Positions 54,501 to 64,000 of a stretch of DNA of 64,000 bases are shown one piece after another (position 1 is the first letter of the stretch; each line of letters begins with the position of its first letter). The notes under the pieces are model-generated. The model saw only the letters and a list, made by a program, of their open reading frames with translations. It was not told the DNA's origin and made no database searches. The DNA comes from Bugula neritina. Lineage: Eukaryota; Animalia; Bryozoa. The stretch is taken from positions 30,458,628-30,522,627 of the forward strand of contig OZ037767.1 of NCBI GenBank assembly GCA_964035545.1. Direction: 5' to 3'. The position numbers were made by a program, and so were the translations under genes.

Positions 54501-54798
54501 TACTACCTAGTCACACTACTACCTAGGCACACTACTACCTAGTTACATTACTACCTGGCCACACCATTACCTAGTCCCATTGCTTAGTAGTTCAAAGACA
54601 TTTTATGTAAATTGAGTAATTAATAAACTTTATGAAAATCTTCATTAACTCGAAACTAAAAGTTCAGTTTAATTTGTCCTCTACCTTTTCGAGTGTAATG
54701 AGTTTAACCAATTTGTTTATCTTCTCTAGACTGTATTTATCTTATGTACAGGTCAGATGAATGGTACTTCATATAACAGGATGTATGGAGGCTTGTGA
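48513..54798 (+). CDS. Potassium-channel-like (Ion_trans_2-type pore) multi-pass membrane protein, 10 exons, 337 aa
   Basis: Exons 48513-48610, 48916-49063, 49413-49520, 49927-50022, 51674-51734, 52235-52350, 53197-53311, 53718-53773, 54167-54335 and 54752-54798 join in frame with GT-AG sites. Hydrophobic segments are followed by YLSTVIMFAGIYVITY ... FLKMLYHSISSSTLCGSSTIHPDVWYNFILVATQMLLSFLYFTSIL, a TM-pore helix-filter-TM arrangement. The gene model is more certain than the family call. Confidence 0.7.
52339..52775 (+). repeat. 27-bp minisatellite (16 copies) spanning and multiplying the exon 6 splice donor
   Basis: GTAAGTATA recurs every 27 bp from 52351 to 52756; unit GTAAGTATAACCATGTACAGGATAGAT. 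Confidence 0.95.
53305..53640 (+). repeat. Degenerate ~21-bp minisatellite starting at the exon 7 donor (TGTGGTAGGTATTGTATACTG)
   Basis: Directly visible; the unit includes the exon end TGTG|GTAGGT. Confidence 0.85.
53811..54576. repeat. Intronic minisatellites: 18-bp CGTGATGTCACACAGTAA (53811-53917) and 16-bp CTAGTCACACTACTAC (~54347-54576)
   Basis: Directly visible tandem copies immediately after the exon 8 and exon 9 donors. Confidence 0.9.
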
Positions 54799-57627
54799 CT
54801 GGCCATCTGGCGGAGAGAAAACCTTCTAGTCATTCTAATTGGACGTGATGCAATCTTGTACTAGTGCTAGTAGTGTCTTTTTGTGAAACTCTCAATTCTA
54901 CCATCATTGTATCTGCATAGTGGTTAACTCTATGGCCAGTTTAACACAGTGTGCAAGAGTATAAATATGTGTATATCCTATATTTAGTAGTATATGAGGT
55001 GTTATTTTTGACAATCAGGGGAACGTCGGGTTATTTGCTCCTACATCAAACTTGGGTTACAAAAGATGTTAGCTTTAATTCTACACTTTATTATGAACAC
55101 TTTACATAGTCCTAGGGCTGTACTATCAATCCAATGTGTGTTTCTACCATATTTTCATATTATGTTAATGCTAAGGACATGTTTAAAGCCATTGATTTAT
55201 TTCTCTCAGTCCTGCGTTATAGCCTTAGCCCCCAGTCCCATTTCTACTTCTATTAGTGAGTAAAAATTGTATCACACAATATATGCCATCTGTTCTGTGA
55301 TGCATTTTAATGAGGTTATTTTTAGTAAACCATTTTTTTTATTTATACAATTACTCCAAAATGATGGGTTTTCTTTCACCCTCTGGTCTTGTTACATCAC
55401 TAGAGTGTGTGGAACTTATTAACGCTAACCAATATATTACTTTGTAATTTTTTACAATTTAGAAAGACAAAAATATCCCAAATGTATTATTCAACTGTAA
55501 TGGATCTTCATATCACCAATCTATTTTCCTTATGCACATGTATTAATTTTAATAGGTTTGTAAAAATCAGATAAACAAATTTTAATCTTTGAAATTTGAG
55601 ATATTCAACTTTTAGTAGACCTGTTTACAATCAGAGTGCCGTGTGATGAGATATAGAAATTCTAAAGTCCTGTAATCTACTGTTTTATTGTAGTTTGAGC
55701 AGATTTTTAGGAGGGTTTTTAGAATACGTTTTCTTACTTTGAGACTTTTGTTTAGTTGTGAACCAACTTTTATTTTTATTCTACTGTTTTGCATTATTTT
55801 ATGTATTTTTTATACTTCAACAATGTTAATTATTATAGTTATGTTATAGTTATAGCATATCTTTAGAGTTTGTATTTTTCATTAATGTGCAGACTTTTTC
55901 TAAAATACATTAAATATATACTCTTTATTCAATTTGATAACGCTCGAGTTATTTCAATAATAATTTCGAGACATGTAGTTACATGTGGTGAAGCCCTCCT
56001 ATAAAAACAGCTTTTAATAGTAGCTTTTTACGAGAATTGTGAATGTGCTTTTATCTTAAGTGCTAACCCTATAAATCAGCAGTTAGAAAAAATATTGGTT
56101 CTTCAGTTTTCTATCCTCTCCAAATGTCCAGTAGATCAAAAAATGTGGCAATGTAGGGCTGGATTAGTTGAAATTAAATAGATATGAAGATGAGGGGCTT
56201 GCTGGACAAATTAGTCATTTACTCATAACTCTTGGTGATTATATTTGAACATTGTCATCGTATATATGCTGATAAAACTTTTAAAATTAATACAACTAGA
56301 TAATTATAATAATAACATACAATACAAAGAAATCCTCTTGGCTTTGCTTACATTTACCATCTGCAGCCAGTTGGACAGTGTATAGGCGATTTTCACTATA
56401 CCTCGGAGTTGTCTCTTCTTTTATACTGCTCAATATTATCATGTGTATTACATATAATAATGTGTTCCATATAATATAGGTTTCTGTCACATAACAGGCT
56501 TGTTTTGAGTTGTTACAGCAGATCAACTTGACTCATCTGTTTCATCTCTAGTCAAAATAGATGTCAAAAATAAAGTTCTGAAAGTTAACTCCATTGACCT
56601 CTGCATGCTTCTTGACATATTTATAAGCTAGTTTCAAGTTACAAGAACCCCTGCATCATGTTATAAGTTATAAAATATTAAAATCCTCAACAAAGCAAAC
56701 AGTCCATTTAGCTACAACATGTCAATAAATTGGTCAACAGCTTTAAACACGCTAGATTCTTGATATTTGCCAATTATTACTGTAATGTAGAGTATAGCGT
56801 ATAGAATAAGAGAATATAGGCATAGTGCACACAACTCCTATTTCAAAAAAGGCAATCACAATAAATCACCTTACTAACGAGTCACTAGTCAGTATTTGTG
56901 TGTAATGTATTGCATTCTAGAAATGGAAAGCATAAAGGAAATTGTTGCATAATCTAAATACCAGATCCATAAGATTATTTGCTTATATGGTGATCGTGTT
57001 GATTCATTATATTTTCTTAAAAGTATATTATATATTTCCCTAAAAGTATATTATATATTTTCACTTCGAAAAGGCTATAACTATATAACTGCTATTTTTT
57101 AGACATGTTTAAAGTTTAATTGACATTATGTGTTTCATAAACAGACAACTCCGCATTGTAACTGAAGTCAATGCTCTGAGTAGCTAAAATATAAGTTGCA
57201 ATATTTTGCTAAACCAAGCTCAATTCTGCAGGCAAAACTGGAGAGAGAAATGATATATATAGCTGCCATGTTGCTTCAGTTGCCATTGACAAAATGAAGA
57301 TAACAAATCGAATGTTTCGTGACACTTAATCTGGTCATAAATGTATATAACATGTGCAATACAGTACACAGCTGGTGGAATGATTATTATGTTATATATT
57401 ATATGTGTATTATCTCTGTTCTTTGACATTTCATGGTCTGTTGACTCTTCGTATTATTAATGGAATTGCTTGAGTACTTGTGTTATGCTTGCTAGATTAT
57501 GCTGGTCTACTAGTGTATATAATCACTTCCCTCTCCACTAGCACTTGACTATCGCAGCAGCTATCTGTCGGAGAACTCGCTAACTCGAAACCATTTGTTG
57601 AAGAACTCGTAAGAATACATTGAAACC

Positions 57628-60600
57628 ATGACTCACCGAGCTGGAAAATCTGGAATTAATGCCGAAGTACAAGACAAGGTATGCCATTCCACTCAGTCTT
57701 TTCGATTTCTTTCAAACTAGAATACAGTAAAATTTCTTTTATAATTCAGCTTATATTCATATAAATAAACAGGATGTCAGTTTGCTAGCTTTCCTAGTTT
57801 CTCATTAGGATATGAGTGATGTAGTCTAGATTCTTCTAGGGAACAATGTTCATTGAGTTAATTTTGAATAAGAAGTTGTTTTATAAGTAATTATTATAGC
57901 TTCAAAAGCGGCAAGTATTATAATTAAGAAAATTGTGAAATATATAGTAATGTGCATATATTTACTCTAATAACCATATAGAAACAAAGCTACAAATCCA
58001 TTACATAGTTACTTTCCATATAAAGAAATGAATAGGTACATATATATGTATTTCAAAAAGTATAAATTGTGACAATACATCTCCATAAGAATGTAAATGA
58101 AACAGTGAATGTTAATTTTGAAATGTAAAACAAACATCTCTTCATTTCCTTTCCATATTATAAGCCATATCAACACTTTACACATATATTTTATATCTGA
58201 CTATGTAGTTTCATCACAAACTGTGGGTGTTGGTAGAGTTGTGCTATCCTGAAGTGAATAAATTGATGAACACATCTTCTGTATTTCCACAGGTTATAGT
58301 CAGTTGGTTTATTTATTATTTGTTTTCAACGGATGTTGTTCAATGTATGCATGCATATTATTAATCTGTGGTTATTATATAATTAAAGCTTCTAACAGTT
58401 TTCAACAGAGGGTATAAAAGATGCAAATTTGACTTTGCTATAACATAGCTTTGAGAACATTTAGTGAAACATGGAATGCTCTGTGATTTATGGGCTAAAG
58501 GAGATTGACTAGAGTAATAATGTTATGTATATTTATATTTTATATTTCCTAAAAAGACACTATATTTGATTGGGCAGAATATGGGGCATTTTAAAGATAT
58601 GTACATTTAATATATCACACTTTTTGCAACTCCCATACATGTGTTGCCCTAAATACCTCTTACAAAATAGTATACAAGAGCTCATATTGTTTCTATTGGA
58701 TGATTATTTTGCGTATGCGGTGTAGCATATAGCTTGACAAATGCAGACTGCACTTAAAGGGGCTGTCAAAACATTATAAGTAGACATTGTGTTCAAGAAC
58801 GCTGCTATGCTGATTAGTGATGCATAGCGCGGGAAAGCGGCACATGTAAAGAAAAAATTAATTTGCTATTGTAGCTATTTTCAGTGCGGATTTGAAGTCC
58901 TCCCATACTGTTTGCTACTTAACTGTTTAGAAATCAACTAACATTGGTGCTAAAACAAACAATTACTGTCCTAGAATATTGGAATGCACATTTCATTTTG
59001 GTTTTAGAAACTGAACTCATACTCATTGTTGTTGTTACGAACGACTCAACTCATCTGCCCTCAATAATACTTGGCATAGTACTATAAATTTATTTTAAAA
59101 TTCAATACACTATTAAATATTGTAAAAATGGCATCTACTAGAGCTACCAAAAGTGGTGTTAACAAAGACATTCAGGACAAGGTAAGAACTACTACTAGTA
59201 GTAGTACTACTACTACTAGTGGCACTGATATCGACTGACTTCTTATAGTTATTGTGCTTGAGTTGGAGTTTGTTAAATTCACAACCGGCTCGTATTTGTA
59301 GGTTTGTCAATTTCGTATAGTACGTTGTCATTGTCATTGTGATTAATTATTTTCCCATTCCAACAGCTCCGCCAACATTTAATAATTAATTTAGCTATTA
59401 CTAGCAGTAACTGAAATTGAATAATAAGTTAAAAATAAATACATCAATATTAGCAATAGACATTGCAATAAGTTTAGGTTATTATGAGTAAATTCATATT
59501 GATGTTTATATTATAGTTTCAGTACTTTTGGTTTACATTTCATATTTATATTATATTTCAATTTGTTATAAATACTATAGCATTAGCAAAATAATAGTAT
59601 AGCAAACAATTATTTTATGTTTTTAAATTTATTATTTCATACTTTGAATAGAATGTTTTCATAAGTGCCATTATTTCATAGCTATTGTTATTGTACTTTT
59701 TACTTGCTCTTATAGTTAAAGTTATAGCTTACAGTTACTCTTAGTCTTGTTGCAATGACTATCGTTATTTTACTCATTATGGTTATGATTATGATAAATA
59801 TCATGATTATGCTTGCTGATTGCGACAGTAGTATATAACCCAGACATTAATTTAATATCATTTATAATCATAACGGTTAACAATCCTGGCATGTCAAACA
59901 AATTATTACTAGTAAGCATTACCCAGATTTATTTAACAAGCACAAATGCCTTAAATGGTCAACATTAGATTTAGACTGACATCAAGTAATGATTGTGGAA
60001 AATGTGTTGAATTCAAAGTTACAATGAGTTAAATTAAGTTTGACCAGGTACTGAGCTGATGAATCAAATGAGCAAATGGTATAGTGTGTATAGTATGTTG
60101 TGGCGTGTATTTAGATTATTATGGTGTCAGTTGCAACAGATGAATGAGTAGGAGAAACTATCACACCAATACTCCTTAGTATATATAGTCACACCAATAC
60201 TCCTTAGTATATATAGTCACACCAATACTCCTTAGTATATATAGTCACACCAATACTCCTTAGTATATATAGTCACACCAATACTCTTGTGATATCATCA
60301 CAGTCATAGTAGTTAACCCATGACTGTGATAATATTATCTGCCATTTTGTTGCTCTCTGTAAAAAAAACTTTTGAAACAAGCTGTTTGAAGTTTGCTCTT
60401 TTGGAGCATGAAAATTATCTTCCTATTCAGTACTTTATACAAGCATTTGTGTCACGCAGAAAAAAAGTCATTAGTGATCATTCTTATCTAAAGTATTAGC
60501 TTTGCACACAACACACCCAACTAGCTGCTGATAACTATAAGACCCAGTCGATCTACAATTAGTTACAAGATGCATGACACTGATAGCTACAACCTCTATG

Positions 60601-63600
60601 TAACTTGTGGGCGAGGTTTTCACTCTGCTTCACCCTGATCATCCACCAGCATTGCTGGCATTCCAAACTCATAACCATTCACTTTGACTTCATCTTACTG
60701 ATACAATCTCTTCATATTCTACTCCAGTAGTTTCTTAATGTATTAAACAATCCGGTAGGCATTTGGAGCTGATGTGGAACTTCCTTTTCTTAACTGTACT
60801 AAATTGACTTTACTTGATTCAGTTGGACAATTTAAGCATTAAAAATAGTTTCTGAGAAGATTCAGTTTTAGGAAAAAACTTTTATGAAAGAAATGTTTAT
60901 TCAAAACTTTGGACTACGCTTTGGCCAGTTTTTATGTAACTCCAACTTTCACCACCAACTTAGGGACTGTTAGCTACAAGTAGAATAATTTTCCTGCCTC
61001 ATCCATCCAGAGTTCGCCGTTGCTACTAATTAGTCTCAAGATGATAAGCTTTGCTTGCAAATTTTCATTTAAACATGTTTGATGAAATTATTTTTATCAA
61101 TACGGGCATGTAAGCTGGTATGATTAAATCTTTTATCTCGATAATAAAACACCCCTCTCTGCATTCACGCTGAGCACTTGGTGTGTATAATACTCAGTAC
61201 AGTATATTGCTGCAAGTTCATCACCCTTTAACAATGCACTGCTTTATACCCACTAGTTAGAAGTACTTGGCATACGTGAACTAGTAGTTCACGTATGACA
61301 AGCAGCCAGCATAAAACACTGGTCATGTAATCAGGACTCACATTGAGTGGAGAGTACTTGCCAAAAAGTTTTTATTTTTAATTTTTAAAATCAGCATAGA
61401 TTTTTCAGAATGCAACATAGTCTGGGTTCTAGCCAATAATTGAATGTTCCCGCCCACCCTATTTCATTTCCAACCCAACTTCCTACGTAGTAATAGAAAC
61501 TTAAGCTAATATATACATCACTGTGTAATGACAATGCCCATAGTTAATGCTCCACCTAATACATACCAATTAGAGCAGTCATCATAATTTATGTTACTTG
61601 AGAGGCTACACCTAGCATATTTAAACCTAACCTATTGTCAATGTGAAGTCACATTCACTTGTTAGATTTGAGATAAACTACATAGTGCATTCTTTAGGCA
61701 GCATTGTTCAGGCAGCGATAGTATGCTAGTAAAAATGTCAAACTCGTCTCTGCTTTGTGAAACTGGAGTAGGAGTGTCAAAATGTGACTCACTAACTCAC
61801 ATTCCAGTCATATTTGTTAACTGTTCAAGTATCTGCGTTACTCATCAGTAGTTGTGATGTCAATGTGATACTTCGAAATAATAAAACTAGTTATTCACTC
61901 AAGGGTTTAGTTGCAATATTAGGTAAGGTGGTTACGTGAATAATATATATAATATTTATGTTATTGATAGCTCTGAAATATTTAACTGTGGTTTCCTGTG
62001 TGACTTTCATGCTACAGTATATTGATCTACAATTGATTCATACATTCATTTCATCACCAGTCATTCCACTTATAATGCCTGAACCAACAATAGAATGTTG
62101 AAATATTTATTCACTGACACTAAATGTTTGTGTTGCTGGTTGAGAATGTTTACTGAGGCAAAGAGCATGACTTGTGTTGTCCACCTATGCTAAACGTTGA
62201 CATTTTTTACATAGTTAGATGCTCTGCTCAGTGCTGTGTTCCCATGCAATAGCCATGCAGGTAAGATGATCCGGCAATCAACTTGAGGGTTAGATAACCT
62301 TTTGAGTGTTTACACAAGGCTATAAATTGAAGTTTAGCGGAGTGGAAGTCTCCCCACTGCTGTAAATAGCACAGTTCCATAGCAAACAGAAGAAGGCAGT
62401 GTTTGTCAACCTCTCCATAGTCCTGGAGTATAACCCAGTTACTTGTATAACTTGTTAGTACTCACATACTATAGTCTAGGATTAAGAACAGATGAAATCA
62501 TGTCTCAAGTTGAGAAAAGTAGTTTCAGCATGCTGCCTGCTATATGTGGTAGCATTCAAGTTACATTGGCAGCTTTGAGCGGCAGCAATACAGTTTCTGG
62601 TAGACCTTCACCTGATTGATCATCTGGCATCAGATGTTTTGATGTAAAGCTGCCAAACTAAAAAACCCAATGTAAAATTTGCTCCTTTAGAATTCAGAGA
62701 ACGGAGAACTTTGAATAGTCTAAGACTCTAAGTTCTTTCATCTTGATAAATTTTGAATTTGTGTGGGAAAATGTTTCTTCTGCTAGCATCATTGCTGTTT
62801 GGTGTGATATAGTGTAATAATATTTTATAGTTATGTATTATAATATCATTAAATTATTATGTTGTCATACATAAAGTGCTACAACATTACACCATGTGTG
62901 GTTAGGATATTAGTGCAAGTAAAAGAACTTAGTATTGATTTGTCTGTCTACTGGATGGAGATTAGATGCAGTAGCTTGTAGCAGTTTACAAAGACTATAA
63001 ATCCATACGGCTGTGTTACATGGCAATACTAAGTCTAATCAGGATTGAAACAGGCGATTGAGTTAGTCTGTTTCAAGTCCCAGTCTGGGACACTGAAATG
63101 TACTTGGTGATGAGAGAAATGTTTAAAGGTTGTATTTCTGTACAAGGTGAGATGCTGTAACCACAATCCTTTGTTTTCCAGTTGAACGCCAAGTACGACG
63201 CAGAACTTGCTGGGCAATGCATGGTTTGGATCAAGTCTCAGATCCAAGATAGCTCGATGAATACATCAGGGGTGGCTAATAATGTGTATGATGAACTCAG
63301 GTCTGGTCAGAAACTAGCCAGGTGAGGTACTAAGGCTAAATAGTAGCAACTGAGCATGCTCACAGCTGCTTCCTGGTGTATTGATTGTATTAATTAATGT
63401 GGAAAATATAATTACTGAATTATAATTAGAATAGATGTGATAGTTGCCACTGGAGTCCAATGCAACTGTGTAGTCACTTTGATCTCTCATTTCTCTGTAT
63501 GCAATAGTCATTTCCTCGGTGACAAAAGCAAATATAAATTAATCCTATATTAATAGGTTGGTAAATGTGATTTCCCCTGGAAAGATATCCCAGAAGGCAA

Positions 63601-63767
63601 TAGACGGTGCAAAGATGACGTTCAAGCAGATGGAGTTGATTAACAAGTTCACAGACGTCTGCAAGAGTCTGGGAGTGCCGGACCACGAGTGCTTCGCCAC
63701 TGTTGACCTCTACGAGCAGCAGAACATGAACCAAGTCATTACCTGCCTAGCAGCTCTTATGAGGAAG
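57628..63767 (+). CDS. Myophilin/transgelin/MP20-like calponin-family protein (5' part; continues past the window)
   Basis: Alternative first exons 57628-57678 (MTHRAGKSGINAEVQDK) or 59128-59181 (MASTRATKSGVNKDIQDK) join phase 0 to 63182-63321 and 63557-63767. Product: LNAKYDAELAGQCMVWI...ELRSGQKLARLVNVISPG...FKQMELINKF...GVPDHECFATVDLYEQQNMNQVITCLAALMRK, a calponin-homology domain. Confidence 0.9.
60162..60288. repeat. 28-bp tandem repeat (about 4.5 copies) CACACCAATACTCCTTAGTATATATAGT
   Basis: Directly visible, perfect copies. Confidence 0.95.
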
Positions 63768-64000
63768 GTATGTTACCATGGCGACCAGTACTATTTCCTA
63801 CCTTACTGCGCCAAAGAGCAACTTCCTGCCCCATTAGCTCTGGTCACAGGAAATGACTCATGAAGTACTATTGAGCCATAGCTAAGCCGTTAGGAAATGC
63901 TAGTAGCAGTTTATTAGGCAAAAAGTTGGCAGTGTTTGTTCAGTGGATTATAAAATTCAACAAGGGGCTTTCATTACAGTTATTGAGTTACTGCAGTGAC

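Noticed and set aside
60580-61060. Possible eroded THAP-domain fragment on the minus strand (LWMDEAGK...HF...KVP)
   Set aside because: It needs multiple frameshifts and lacks the C2CH cysteines; too weak without a profile search.
1-64000. tRNA, rRNA or snRNA genes
   Set aside because: No cloverleaf with A/B boxes or conserved rRNA/snRNA segments were recognised by eye; tRNAscan-SE and Infernal would be needed to exclude them.

Overview
AT-rich, intron-rich animal genomic DNA, probably a marine invertebrate; the taxon cannot be fixed from sequence alone. The left half holds a tandem array of three vitellogenin-like (large lipid transfer protein) genes on the minus strand: one is cut by the window start (ATG 1159), and two are complete (13687->5080, 27 exons; 27861->18094, 28 exons, about 1650 aa). 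A near-identical ~140-150 bp cassette (TATA + Inr + 5'UTR + signal-peptide exon 1 + donor) heads all three genes. It recurs a fourth time, inverted and with no vitellogenin body, at 33601-33740. Next come a 6-exon TRMT10C/MRPP1 gene (minus) and low-complexity DNA containing a decayed gene for a P2X7-ballast/Kolobok KolX-like protein. A 10-exon, 337-aa K+-channel-like membrane protein follows (plus), with a non-canonical filter (STLCGSS) and minisatellites that multiply its splice donors in frame. The window ends in the 5' part of a myophilin/transgelin (calponin family) gene with two duplicated alternative first coding exons. A hAT MITE with an 8-bp TSD and many intronic minisatellites are also present. 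Gene models were built by hand from GT-AG sites and frame continuity; family calls come from remembered motifs, not database searches.
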